From positions 832,001 to 896,000 of the forward strand of contig CBDAOB010000003.1 in NCBI GenBank assembly GCA_965197905.1: a stretch of 64,000 bases of DNA. Reading direction: 5' to 3'. Position 1 is the stretch's first letter. Every line of letters begins with the position of its first letter. The notes beneath the pieces were generated by a model. That model made no database searches. It was not told where the DNA came from and worked only from the letters and a program-made list of their open reading frames with translations. This document shows, piece by piece, positions 47,998-58,031 of the stretch. Origin of the DNA: Candidatus Latescibacterota bacterium (GTDB taxonomy: Bacteria > Latescibacterota > UBA2968 > UBA8231). The position numbers and the translations under genes were made by a program.

Positions 47998-49968
47998 GTG
48001 GCGGTGACCTCCCAAGCAGACGCAGAAGAGAACGAACGATCCGAACCGGCGATCACGTTGCGGGGCGTTTTGCTCGGCGCGCTGACCGTGGCTCTGGCGG
48101 TATTCTACGTCATCGGAATTGCCCGCAGGCAGGGATCGGGAAGTTACATCCACTCTCAGTACCCGATGGCGGCTTTTCTGCCATTCGTCTTCTGGCTGCT
48201 CGCCAACCTGCCTCTCAAAGCGTTCTGGCCTCGCATCGCGCTCAAACGGGGTGAGCTGCTGACGATCTTCTCCATGACCTGGCTCGCCGGAGTGGTGCCC
48301 GATTGGATCTGGCGCTGGGCCGGCACAATGACATCGCCCATTCACTTCGCCACTCCGGAGAATCGCTGGGCGGAGACCTTCTTCGACTTTCTGCCGTGGC
48401 AGATCTTTCCCGAGACGACCAGCCGCGTGATCGACACCTTCTTTTACGGCCGCCCCGAAGGTATGCCGATCCCATGGGACGGGTGGTACCTGCAGATATT
48501 CAACTGGCTCGGTATCGCCGCGGCCGTCGTCACCTTCTGTTTCTGCATCCTGATTCTGCTGCAGCGGCAGTGGCAGGAGGCGGAGAAGCTGGCCTTTCCG
48601 CTGGCTCAGCTGCCGATGGATCTGACCATCGGCACGGATGGACCGCGACGGATCCCAAAGCTGTTCCGGTCGCGGCTTTTCTGGGCCGGATGTCTGGTTC
48701 CATTCCTGCCGCAGCTTTACAACCTGATCACCTACTTCACCCCGGGACTGCCGGTCTTCTGGCTGATCAACGACTGGAAGTACTTCTTCTTTGTCGACGA
48801 CATGATTCTTGTATCGGTGCGGATCATGCCGCTCATGTTGATGGTGGTCTACCTGTGTCCCCTGGACATCCTCGGCAGCATGCTCCTCTTCCACGGAGTC
48901 GCCACAGCGAAGCGCTACCTGATGGACCGTTTTGGGGCTCCGAGTTTCGGCCTGGTGGGTTACAGCGGCGAGCATCAGTTCAGCGAGGCGGGCATGGTGC
49001 TCAATACGGAAAGCCACGGAGCAATGGTATTTCTGGCGCTGTGGTCCCTGTGGATCGCGCGCCGGCATCTGAAACGCGTGTGGCATCAGGTGCGTACGGG
49101 GACCGGTGATGAAAACGAGGCGCGCCTCTATCGCTTTGCTGTCGTCGGTCTCCTGGTTTCGGGGACCTACGCGACGGTGTGGGCCGTCAGCATCGGCGTC
49201 AGTCTGCCGATGGCGATCGCCACCATAATACTGATGACGATCTCTTATCTGGTGACCGTGAAACTGGTGGCAGCCAGCGGCTGCGCCTACATCTTCCCGA
49301 ATCGACCCTTTCTAAAAGGGGAGACCTTTGTTCTCGAGCTGATCGGTTCGACCTACATCTCTCCAGAGCGCCTGGTACCGTACAAGATGTTTACCGGTTA
49401 CGCCCTGTTGGGACGTTTTATCATTCCCGTACTGCCGGCCATCCCTCATCACTTGAGGATTTTCGCAGCCAGACGCCAACCGGGTTGGGTCCTGCTGACG
49501 GTGCTCGTCGCTTTTCTCGTCGCTTTCGGCGTGGCAGTATGGGCATCTCTCCACCTGAATTACACCGACGGCGGTGACTACGAGGACGGCCGCAGCTTTT
49601 TCATGGGCGTTTCATATCTCGCAGAGAATCCGATCACGCCGAATCTCGGCAAGTGGATCTTGTGGCTCACCGGCTTCGGTGAGGGGGCGTTGATCACCTT
49701 GCTGCGGGCGCGCTTCCACTGGTTCCCGATTCACCCTATCGGATTGGTCTTTCAGTACACCCACGCCACGTTCCATTATTGGAACAACTTCTTCATCGTT
49801 TTCGTGGTCAAGCTGGTGCTGCTGCGTTACGGCGGGGTCAACGCCTACTTGGCGGGCAAGCCGTTCTTTTACGGGCTGGGTATCGGATATACAGTGGGGG
49901 TGCTGCTGTCCACCATCGTGGATGCGATCTGGTTTCCCATGGCCGGCCATCACGTACACGGATGGTGA
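47998..49968 (+). CDS. Polytopic membrane protein, DUF6785/DUF6784-like putative transporter
   Basis: ITLRGVLLG, LKRGELL, FATPENRW, RQWQEAEKLAFPLAQLP, RFHWFPIHPIG and KLVLLRYGG...KPFFYGLGIG. Confidence 0.75.
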   Translation: MAVTSQADAEENERSEPAITLRGVLLGALTVALAVFYVIGIARRQGSGSYIHSQYPMAAFLPFVFWLLANLPLKAFWPRIALKRGELLTIFSMTWLAGVVPDWIWRWAGTMTSPIHFATPENRWAETFFDFLPWQIFPETTSRVIDTFFYGRPEGMPIPWDGWYLQIFNWLGIAAAVVTFCFCILILLQRQWQEAEKLAFPLAQLPMDLTIGTDGPRRIPKLFRSRLFWAGCLVPFLPQLYNLITYFTPGLPVFWLINDWKYFFFVDDMILVSVRIMPLMLMVVYLCPLDILGSMLLFHGVATAKRYLMDRFGAPSFGLVGYSGEHQFSEAGMVLNTESHGAMVFLALWSLWIARRHLKRVWHQVRTGTGDENEARLYRFAVVGLLVSGTYATVWAVSIGVSLPMAIATIILMTISYLVTVKLVAASGCAYIFPNRPFLKGETFVLELIGSTYISPERLVPYKMFTGYALLGRFIIPVLPAIPHHLRIFAARRQPGWVLLTVLVAFLVAFGVAVWASLHLNYTDGGDYEDGRSFFMGVSYLAENPITPNLGKWILWLTGFGEGALITLLRARFHWFPIHPIGLVFQYTHATFHYWNNFFIVFVVKLVLLRYGGVNAYLAGKPFFYGLGIGYTVGVLLSTIVDAIWFPMAGHHVHGW

Positions 49969-49993
49969 GCAGCGACGGGCCCGCGCGCCAAGC

Positions 49994-50887
49994 TCAAAAC
50001 GGACGAAAACCGAGAAAGGTCTGCGCGGTAGCACCCATGATGTCGGAGTACTCTTCGTCGCTCAGCTCCGGGAGCAATTCCCGGATGATCGTGGTCAAGG
50101 GTCCATAACCAGGGTCCTCCTGAATCCACGGGAAATCGGTCGCCCACATCAGGCGTTTCGAGCCGTAGCTGCCCAGCAAGCGGTCGTGCCACCGCGTGAG
50201 GTCCCGGTATGGGAGATCCTCCTTGCTGAACGCGTATTGACCGGAGAGTTTCACCGCCACATTCTCGTATTTGGAGAATCGATAAGGAGTGTGAAAGGCT
50301 GGATTGTAGCTCGGAGTGTCGATATGCGGCCGTCCCTTCTCGTCGCGGAAAGCCTGCCCTTCGCCGGGACACACCCCTAGATGATTGAGAACCACCCGCA
50401 CCTTCGGGAACGTTTCCAAGAGATAGGGAACCAGGTGCACCTGGTTCGCCGGCGGATAGAGCCAGATGACTAGGTCGTTGGCCGCCGCATGTTTCCAGAT
50501 GCGATAGGTCTCCAATTCCTCTACAACCACGGGTTCAAACGGGTCTCGTGGTCCGCCGACAGCAAATAGCCTGAAACCGATCAGACCCGGCGTCTCCGCC
50601 AACCGGTCCATCAGCGCTTCGGGCTCGGCTGAGTCCGGAGAGATGGCGGCGATGCCGCGAAAGCGGGCTTGATGGTTCTCGAGGCAGTGGATCAGATAGG
50701 CGTGGTGCTCGAGCTCGTTGCCACCGATCTGTACCAGAACCGCCCCGTCGATCTCATGGGTGTCCATGGCGGCGAGCAGCTTTTCCGCCGTCTCTTGCCG
50801 GTCACCGGGGCAGTAGCGGTCGGTGACGCGGGGGAACCGGCTCGATTCGCGAGCGAAGACGTGAACGTGAGCGTCGATGCGTGCCAT
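49994..50887 (-). CDS. Amidohydrolase family (Amidohydro_2; lactonase-like)
   Basis: IDAHVH, AVLVQ, NHLG, VKLSG and LMWATDFPW. Confidence 0.88.
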   Translation of the reverse strand: MARIDAHVHVFARESSRFPRVTDRYCPGDRQETAEKLLAAMDTHEIDGAVLVQIGGNELEHHAYLIHCLENHQARFRGIAAISPDSAEPEALMDRLAETPGLIGFRLFAVGGPRDPFEPVVVEELETYRIWKHAAANDLVIWLYPPANQVHLVPYLLETFPKVRVVLNHLGVCPGEGQAFRDEKGRPHIDTPSYNPAFHTPYRFSKYENVAVKLSGQYAFSKEDLPYRDLTRWHDRLLGSYGSKRLMWATDFPWIQEDPGYGPLTTIIRELLPELSDEEYSDIMGATAQTFLGFRPF

Positions 50888-51606
50888 CAGGCTTGCAGGC
50901 AGAGAAACCGGCGCCGTTCCTCATGGGTAGCGCGCGCCTCCAGGAACTTGAACGGACTCCGATCGACACGGTCATTCTCGGTCCGCTTGTGGTAGGTGAT
51001 GATGATCGACCTTCTGGGAATCGCACCGTCGTTGTCCAGGGCGGTATGCCAACCGTAACAGTTGAACATGATCGCCATTCCCGCTGGGCCCGAAAACCGA
51101 GCGAGACCCGGCATGTCCTCCTGCCGGTGGGGATGTGCGGACGGTGCAAAATCCGGCTTGTGGCTTCCGGGGATGAAGGCGAATTCTCCCCCTCCGTGTG
51201 CCATGTCGCTCAGGTAGATCTGAATCTTTATGTGCAGCGGGCGGTCTTGAGGGGTATCGGCATGCCAGCTGGTATAGCTCAGCGGAGACGGGGAAACGAT
51301 GCGGGGCCCCACATCCTGCAAGATAGGCTCGCCGTCGCAGAACGCCTTGAGACAACCGTAGTAGCTGGGATGATCGGCGATCTCCAGAAAAGCATCGTCT
51401 TTCCTCAACGAATCTGGAAAGTCGTAGAAAGAAGGAGCTGATTCGCCGGCGGCGACGCGAGCGAGCCAATCCGGTTTGTATCCCTCCGACCAGTGGTCGA
51501 AGGCGTCCTGGAGTCTTTGCAGTAGCTCTCCGGTAATCGCGTTCTCGAATACCAGATAACCCTCCTCATCCCACTGTTTCTGCTGAGCTGCCGTTGGTGT
51601 GTTCAT
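50887..51606 (-). CDS. PhyH-family Fe/2OG dioxygenase
   Basis: WDEEGYLV, SWHAD, FIPGSHK and WHTALDN...RRS. Confidence 0.88.
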   Translation of the reverse strand: MNTPTAAQQKQWDEEGYLVFENAITGELLQRLQDAFDHWSEGYKPDWLARVAAGESAPSFYDFPDSLRKDDAFLEIADHPSYYGCLKAFCDGEPILQDVGPRIVSPSPLSYTSWHADTPQDRPLHIKIQIYLSDMAHGGGEFAFIPGSHKPDFAPSAHPHRQEDMPGLARFSGPAGMAIMFNCYGWHTALDNDGAIPRRSIIITYHKRTENDRVDRSPFKFLEARATHEERRRFLCLQA

Positions 51607-51637
51607 GTCGATCTCCAATCTTGCGGCCCGCGGCCAT

Positions 51638-52456
51638 TTACCCGGTGACCCGAATCAGCTCTCCCGCGCCTTTCTCGCTACCGGCGTAGCGGCGTTTCGT
51701 GGCGCCGGGATACGAAAACCCGTTGATCAAGATTCGCCGCGGTTGACTCGAGACGTTCGGCTTGCTGCCGTGGATAGTGTACGGATGCCATAACAACAGA
51801 TCGCCGCGCTCCGGTAGGGGTGCGATCTCCGACTCTTCAGATACCTGGTCCGCCGATAGGCGCCCCGCTTCGCTGTGAGGCAAATGACCTGCCCCACAAC
51901 TCTGGGGAATAAACGCGAGGGGACCCGAGTCGGCGCCCACTGAGTCAACCGCGAGACCGGTTTGCACGAAACTGCCTGTACCGTTGACATCGGTAAACAA
52001 CCCTTTGTGAAAACCGCGGTTGACGCTGTCCTGGTGCCATCCGAAAGCGACAGTCGTACCCGGCATCTTCAGATGAGCCTGGTTGATGAGGTGGTTCATC
52101 TCGTCAGAATCGAGCAACTGAGAAGCCGCACGTAACAATCGGGGGTGGCGGCCGTATTGTAATAACATCGGTACGGCGCCTCCACACCAAGCAACCTTGC
52201 GGATTTCGATCTCTTTCGCATTCGCCATCCGTAGGTCGAAGTAAGATCCCTCGTATTCTAAAATAGCCTCGTCCGGATCGAAGTCGGGAGAGCCGACGAT
52301 ATCCTCGGCGATCTCCAGAAGGCGATCGAAGCCGGCGGAGATTTCCTCCATCTCACGATCATCGAAAAACTGAGGGACAGTGGTGAAACCGATGTCGAAG
52401 AATTCTGCAATCTGTTGATCGTTCAGAGTGCGGTCCACGAATTTTCTCACACGCAT
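51638..52456 (-). CDS. PhyH-family Fe/2OG dioxygenase
   Basis: NQAHLKMPG, GWHQD, GPLAFIP and GDLLLWHPYTIHGSKPN...RR. Confidence 0.9.
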   Translation of the reverse strand: MRVRKFVDRTLNDQQIAEFFDIGFTTVPQFFDDREMEEISAGFDRLLEIAEDIVGSPDFDPDEAILEYEGSYFDLRMANAKEIEIRKVAWCGGAVPMLLQYGRHPRLLRAASQLLDSDEMNHLINQAHLKMPGTTVAFGWHQDSVNRGFHKGLFTDVNGTGSFVQTGLAVDSVGADSGPLAFIPQSCGAGHLPHSEAGRLSADQVSEESEIAPLPERGDLLLWHPYTIHGSKPNVSSQPRRILINGFSYPGATKRRYAGSEKGAGELIRVTG

Positions 52457-52696
52457 GTCTTTTCCTGGAGCACCATTCAAAGAATAGTCTCCTCAGCAAG
52501 GAGCGACAACCTCTGTCCCTCGATGCCGATGGCGTTGAACCCAAATACTGACTCATGCCGCATTTTGGGTCTGAAAGTAATCCGATGTACCTTGGGTTGG
52601 CGATGGAGTGCCAGCCACCTAAATTTCGAATTGGGTGGGACCTCGGTTCTCCCCATGTTGGCCGTATGATTGATGAAACTCCAGAGATTTAGTTGC

Positions 52697-53254
52697 GTGA
52701 CTGAATTGGAAGAGTCGGCTGAGGCGGCGCATGACTTGATCAGGGAAGAATTGCAGCGGAAGAACGACGAAGATGGAATGCGATGGACGGGATGGGTACT
52801 CCTATCGACCATGGCCCTTGCCTTACTCTCCGCCCTTGCAGCCCTATTGGCTGGGTTTACCGCAAACGAGGCTGTGCTCGAGAGAACTCAAGAGCTTCTC
52901 GAGGTGTCATATTACGAAAGCGATTGCCTCAACATGGAGATATTGAAGTCCAAACACGAAATTTTGATTTCCCTGGGTGAAACTCCGAGTAGAGCCGAAA
53001 TCGACAGAATCCAGAAGTACGAAGACGAGGTGAGTCGATTGAAACTGAGCGTTTCAAAAGAAGAGTTAAAAGCCCAGGAGGCGATCTTCGAGCACGAGCT
53101 CTTTGCAATTGGTGTGACCCTATTCTCCATCGCTATAACGCTGTGCGGCATGGCTCTGGTTGTACAGCGACGAAGGATATGGGGCGTCGGGCTGGTCTTT
53201 GGTCTGGCGGGGATCTGCATCGTCGGTGTAGGTATCTTCAAGATGTTTTCTTAG
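52697..53254 (+). CDS. DUF4337-like membrane protein
   Basis: TM, helical loop, TM-TM layout; VLLSTMALALLSALAAL, KSKHE and GVTLFSIAITL; start uncertain (52670-52697). Confidence 0.6.
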   Translation: MTELEESAEAAHDLIREELQRKNDEDGMRWTGWVLLSTMALALLSALAALLAGFTANEAVLERTQELLEVSYYESDCLNMEILKSKHEILISLGETPSRAEIDRIQKYEDEVSRLKLSVSKEELKAQEAIFEHELFAIGVTLFSIAITLCGMALVVQRRRIWGVGLVFGLAGICIVGVGIFKMFS

Positions 53255-53275
53255 TCAGCTGGGAAAGCGCGATAT

Positions 53276-54325
53276 GTGGACGTGAACGGGATCGAACTGG
53301 ACAGTTTCGGCCATACCGGGGCCGGTGAGCAGGTCGAGCGTTTGACGCTGGAGAACGCCCTGGGCTCTAGGGTTCGGATCATTGCGCTGGGTGCGACCGT
53401 AACTGAGCTCCATGTGGCCGATCGCAACGGCATACTCACCGATCTCGTTCTGGGTTTCGATGCCGTCAAAGAATACGAGATAAACGAGCCGTACATGGGT
53501 TGCACGGTGGGCAGGGTGGCCAACCGGATCGCCAACGGCTGCTTCAACCTCGACGGCACCCTATATCAGCTCGCTCGGAATCTCGATCCCCACCACCTTC
53601 ACGGGGGTGCGGTCGGATTTCATCAACGGATCTGGGAGGCCGAGATACTGGAGCGGGAAAGTGGGCCGGCGGTGAGGTTCACCTACGTCAGTCCGGACGG
53701 GGAGGAAAATTACCCGGGCAGACTGCAGGTCCATGTAGTCTACTCACTTACGAATGCTAACGGACTGCGCATCGAATACGAGGCGAGCACCGACAAGGCC
53801 ACGCCCGTAAATCTCACCAATCACTCCTACTTCAACCTGGCGGGGTCGGGAGCCGGGACCATCCTCGATCACGAAATCACCGTTCACTCCGACTACGTCA
53901 CCGAGCGCGACCCAGACGGCGTACCTACCGGTCAAATCCTTGGGGTTGAAGGCACGCCCTTGGATTTCCGGGCGCCAAGGCGGATGGGCGCAAGAATTGC
54001 CGAGCTCGAATGTGGTTTCGACCACAACTACGTCTTTTCAAGCGGCAGTCGAGAGAATCCCTTATTCGTTGCGGAAGTGTATGATCCTGCTAGCGGGCGC
54101 GGAATGGAGGTGTGGACGACGGAACCGGGAATGCAGCTGTATTCCGGATCCTTTTTGAACGGTTACGAAGGCAAAGCGGGGGCGGTCTACGATCAGTTCA
54201 CCGGGTTCTGTTGCGAGACCCAGAATTTCCCGGATGCGGTTAACAAACCTCATTTTCCGGAGGTGATCTTGCGTCCCGGGAAGACCTACCGGCAGACTAC
54301 CGAGTACCGCTTCAAGACTGCATAG
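53276..54325 (+). CDS. galM: Aldose 1-epimerase (mutarotase)
   Basis: VGRVANRI, HLHGG, YPGRL, NLTNHSYFNL, FDHNY, QLYSG and CCETQNFPDAVN. Confidence 0.95.
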   Translation: MDVNGIELDSFGHTGAGEQVERLTLENALGSRVRIIALGATVTELHVADRNGILTDLVLGFDAVKEYEINEPYMGCTVGRVANRIANGCFNLDGTLYQLARNLDPHHLHGGAVGFHQRIWEAEILERESGPAVRFTYVSPDGEENYPGRLQVHVVYSLTNANGLRIEYEASTDKATPVNLTNHSYFNLAGSGAGTILDHEITVHSDYVTERDPDGVPTGQILGVEGTPLDFRAPRRMGARIAELECGFDHNYVFSSGSRENPLFVAEVYDPASGRGMEVWTTEPGMQLYSGSFLNGYEGKAGAVYDQFTGFCCETQNFPDAVNKPHFPEVILRPGKTYRQTTEYRFKTA

Positions 54326-54338
54326 ATGGATACCATAG

Positions 54339-54363
54339 CCCGGTTGCCATTGCGGCGATCGGG
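54339..54363. terminator. GC-rich hairpin between convergent galM and soxG
   Basis: CCCGGTTGCC-ATTGC-GGCGATCGGG forms a 10-bp stem with two G-U pairs; no U-tract. Confidence 0.3.
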
Positions 54364-54385
54364 GTCCACCTGTCTCGGGTCATTC

Positions 54386-55033
54386 TCAGTCTCCAGCTGA
54401 ACCGGCTTCAATTTGGAGGCCGAACTCAGTGGACGAATGTTCGATCCACTGGAACAGATAATCCGCGAAGCTGCGGCGCACGACCAGCTGGAAGCATGGG
54501 TTGTCGCCATCATTGACCGCTGGAATCAACAACACGCTGGTCTTGCCTACGTTGGTCTGGGCGCATTGTCCAACGCCAAAGCCCCGAGGATCCAGGTCGA
54601 GCGTAGATCCCTTGGCTAGCAATTCGCGAACCCGAGGTCCACTTAGCTGGATCGTTGTGTAACCACCAGTCAGATCGGTAACGGCGACATGCAACTGCGT
54701 CGTCGCCAGCACAAGCGCCGCCATCAGTCCGGTCTGCCGATCGGGCGGAGTGATCACCATCCATTCGTCCGGACCCAACCAACATGCGGTTACGCCAGCT
54801 TGGGCTGGCTGCGCCGCCGGTGAGACGGTGTTGGGTTCCACCGGTAAGCCGATTCCAAGCGCGTCGCTCGCAGCATTCAAGAAGGCGTTTTCCCGCGGAT
54901 CGCCTCGAAGATTCAGATAGCCCGCGAAAGCGCGCTCGATCAGCACAATTGCTTCCTCGGATCTTGCGTTCGGACTGGAACAGGTGGCCAGAGCGGCAGC
55001 CAACGGGCTTTTCTGCGCGGGTCGTTCAGACAT
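54386..55033 (-). CDS. soxG: Sarcosine oxidase subunit gamma
   Basis: YLNLRG, WLGPDEW, LDLDPRGF and VRRSFADY; last gene of the operon, overlapping soxA. Confidence 0.92.
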   Translation of the reverse strand: MSERPAQKSPLAAALATCSSPNARSEEAIVLIERAFAGYLNLRGDPRENAFLNAASDALGIGLPVEPNTVSPAAQPAQAGVTACWLGPDEWMVITPPDRQTGLMAALVLATTQLHVAVTDLTGGYTTIQLSGPRVRELLAKGSTLDLDPRGFGVGQCAQTNVGKTSVLLIPAVNDGDNPCFQLVVRRSFADYLFQWIEHSSTEFGLQIEAGSAGD

Positions 55034-58031
55034 TCTGCCGCTCCCCATCGGGATCATAAAACACCGGGTTGGAAACGCGTGCTCTCACGGTGCCGCCGTC
55101 GAAATCCTGGACATAAACCGTATCGCCCATGCGACGGTGGCCTCCCTTGACCAGACCCAGTGCGATCGATCTTTCCAGAGTGGCGCTGAAGTAGGACGAA
55201 GTAACGTGTCCCAACATCGGTCGAGGCAGTGGCGCCTGCGGATCATCGACGATCTGGCCCCCTTCGGGTAGCACCGTTTGCGGATTTTCAGTGAGCAAGC
55301 CGACGAACTGTTTGCGATCGGGTTGGGAGATGTAGGAGCGGGAAAGGGAGCGTTTGCCGAGAAAGTCCTTGTTCTTAGCCACCATACGGTCCATTCCCAA
55401 GTCGATAGGGGTCACCGAGCCGTCCGTGTCCTGCCCGACGATGACGTATCCCTTTTCGGCACGCAGCACGTGCATCGCTTCGGTGCCGAATGGGGTGATC
55501 TGGAATTCCCGGCCTGCGTCCATCACCGCTTCCCACACATGGCGTCCCAGGTTGGCGTTCACATTGATCTCGTAGGTCAGTTCTCCCGTAAAGCTTATTC
55601 GAAAAATCCGGGCCGCGACGCCGGCAACGGTGCCGTCGCGCACACTCATGAAAGGGAAACTTGCGTTGGAAAGGTCCAGGTCGGAACAAATCTTTTGCAG
55701 AGCCTTGCGTGCATTCGGCCCGCAGAGGGAGATGGTTGCCCAATGATCTGTGACCGAGGTCAGAAACAGGTCGAGATCGGGCCATTCAGTCTGCAGCCAC
55801 AGTTCGAGCCAGGACATGATGCGAGCGGCCCCACCGGAGGTGGTATGCATCAGATATCGATGCTCGCCAAGTCTGGCCGTCACTCCATCATCGATGACCA
55901 TGCCGTTCTCGTCCAGCATCAAGCCGTAACGGCAGCGTCCTACAGGCAGCTTCAGAAACGGGTTGGTGTATACCCGGTTTAGAAAGCGAGATGCGTCCGG
56001 TCCCTGGATATCGATCTTGCCCAGGGTGGAGGCATCGAGAATACCGATGCTCGCCCGCGCCGCCTTACACTCCCGATTGACCGCGTCTTCCATCGACTCG
56101 GCTCCGCGGGGGAAGTACCAGGGCCGCTTCCACTGACCCACATCCTCGAAAAGCGCACCCTGGTCCACGTGCCAGGAATGAATGGCCGTCTTGCGAACCG
56201 GATCGAACAGGTCGCCCTGCTCGCCCCCCGACATGGCGCCATAAGTCACAGGGGTGTACATCGGCCGGTAGGTGGTGGTTCCGACCGATCCGGGATCGGT
56301 CTGCCCGTGGTCCGCGAGTACCCCGATCGCGTTGACGTTACCCAGCTTCCCCTGATCGGTGCCCATGCCGAGGGTCGTGTAGCGCTTTACATGTTCGATT
56401 GATTGGTACCCTTCGCGCGCGGAGATGAGAAGGTCGGCAGCGGTTATGTCCATCTGCAGATCGACGAACTGTTTCGGAGCTCGACTGACTGGTTTCTTTC
56501 CGGGAACGACCCACAACGCGCGAATCGAATCCGCGCTTGCAAGCTCGGTGGATGGCACGATCCCGGTCATGGAGCCGTCACCGAATCCCGACAGCGCCGC
56601 CGCCTCCGCGCCGGCGGCAAAACCTTCGGCCATGCAGGCAGTCGTCTCGAAAGTGCCGTTGCAAGCACCTGCAGAGCGTTCGGCTTGCACCGGATCTCCG
56701 GGCAGGAAACAGGCTCTTTCTTCGTCGTAGCGTGGATTCCCTCTCGACTGGGCATGCAACTGGACGTTCGGATTCCAACCACCCGAAACCGCCAACAGGT
56801 CACATTGAATGGAGGTGGACTTGCCAGCCAGGAATTGTCCGTCGGCACCCAGGGCGCCGGCACGAACAGCGCGAATCCGTTTCGTTCCGAGGACATCGAA
56901 GACGACGTATTTGTCCAGGACCTCTATCCGTCGTTCGCCTGCGGTCCGTGCCAACTCCCCAGCGGGACGCGGATCGACGATGGAGGCGATCTCAATCCCC
57001 GCTTCCTGTAGTTTGAACGCCACCGCGTAAGCACTGTCGTTGTTGGTGAACACCACCGCCCGCGAGCCCGGTAGCGCAGCGTAGCGAGACAAGTATTCGC
57101 CAGCGGCCGCCGCCAGCATGACTCCTGGCCGGTCGTTGTTGGAAAAGACCAAAGGCCGTTCGATGGCGCCGGCCGCGAGCACCACCTGTTTCGCACGCAA
57201 TCGCCACAGCCGTTGACGGGCACCCTCGCCAAGGCCAGGCCCCAGGTGGTCGGTGCGGCGTTCCAGCGCCAGGAGGAAATTGTGTTCGTAATAACCGGAC
57301 CCCGTCGTGCGGGTCAAAAGCTGTACTTGTGGAAACGAACGTAGCTCTCGAACAGTCGCTTCTACCCACGTGACTGCAGATTTTCCTTCAATCACCTCCG
57401 AGCTGGCCAGCAAACTCCCGCCCGGTTCCGACCGCTCGTCTACGAGAATGACCCGCGCGTCCGCCCGGGCTGCTTCCAGCGCCGCGCTCAATCCGGCGGG
57501 GCCGCCGCCCACGACCAGGACATCGCAATGGGCGTTCATGAGATCATAGTTGTCCTGATCCGGACCGTCAGGAGCGACTCCAAAACCGGCGGCCTTGCGA
57601 ATCTGGTGTTCGTAAAAGCGCCACCATCCCGCTGGCCACATGAAGGTCTTGTAGTAGAATCCGGGAGGCATGAAGCGGGCGAACCAGCCGTGGACCGATC
57701 GCCAATCGAACTCCACGTTGGGTGAAACATTCACGCTGCGCGCCGTAAGACCGTCATACAATTCCACCTGAGTGGCGATCAGGTTGGGCGAGCTTGCAGA
57801 GCCTTCACCTACCTGGACGATGGCATTGGGGTCTTCGGAGCCGGCGGCGACGATGCCCCGGGGCCGGTGATACTTTAAACTGCGCGCGACCAGGTGAACC
57901 CCGTTGGCGATCAAGGCGGACGCCAAGGTATCTCCCTGAAATCCCATCAGCGTGCGGCCATTGAACGAAAATCGAAGCGGTTTGTCGCGGTCGATGCGGC
58001 CTCCACTGTCGTGACGGAATCTCTGCTTCAC
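55026..58031 (-). CDS. soxA: Sarcosine oxidase subunit alpha
   Basis: GDTLASAL, RSLKYHRPRG, GFYYKTFMWP, EHVKRYTTLGMGTDQGK and a GcvT-like C-terminus (LRAEKG). Confidence 0.97.
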   Translation of the reverse strand: MKQRFRHDSGGRIDRDKPLRFSFNGRTLMGFQGDTLASALIANGVHLVARSLKYHRPRGIVAAGSEDPNAIVQVGEGSASSPNLIATQVELYDGLTARSVNVSPNVEFDWRSVHGWFARFMPPGFYYKTFMWPAGWWRFYEHQIRKAAGFGVAPDGPDQDNYDLMNAHCDVLVVGGGPAGLSAALEAARADARVILVDERSEPGGSLLASSEVIEGKSAVTWVEATVRELRSFPQVQLLTRTTGSGYYEHNFLLALERRTDHLGPGLGEGARQRLWRLRAKQVVLAAGAIERPLVFSNNDRPGVMLAAAAGEYLSRYAALPGSRAVVFTNNDSAYAVAFKLQEAGIEIASIVDPRPAGELARTAGERRIEVLDKYVVFDVLGTKRIRAVRAGALGADGQFLAGKSTSIQCDLLAVSGGWNPNVQLHAQSRGNPRYDEERACFLPGDPVQAERSAGACNGTFETTACMAEGFAAGAEAAALSGFGDGSMTGIVPSTELASADSIRALWVVPGKKPVSRAPKQFVDLQMDITAADLLISAREGYQSIEHVKRYTTLGMGTDQGKLGNVNAIGVLADHGQTDPGSVGTTTYRPMYTPVTYGAMSGGEQGDLFDPVRKTAIHSWHVDQGALFEDVGQWKRPWYFPRGAESMEDAVNRECKAARASIGILDASTLGKIDIQGPDASRFLNRVYTNPFLKLPVGRCRYGLMLDENGMVIDDGVTARLGEHRYLMHTTSGGAARIMSWLELWLQTEWPDLDLFLTSVTDHWATISLCGPNARKALQKICSDLDLSNASFPFMSVRDGTVAGVAARIFRISFTGELTYEINVNANLGRHVWEAVMDAGREFQITPFGTEAMHVLRAEKGYVIVGQDTDGSVTPIDLGMDRMVAKNKDFLGKRSLSRSYISQPDRKQFVGLLTENPQTVLPEGGQIVDDPQAPLPRPMLGHVTSSYFSATLERSIALGLVKGGHRRMGDTVYVQDFDGGTVRARVSNPVFYDPDGERQNV

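Noticed and set aside
52480..53254. Somewhat more AT-rich stretch as a genomic island
   Set aside because: It covers one gene and its promoter region, with no integrase, tRNA or flanking repeats; the composition shift was judged by eye only.
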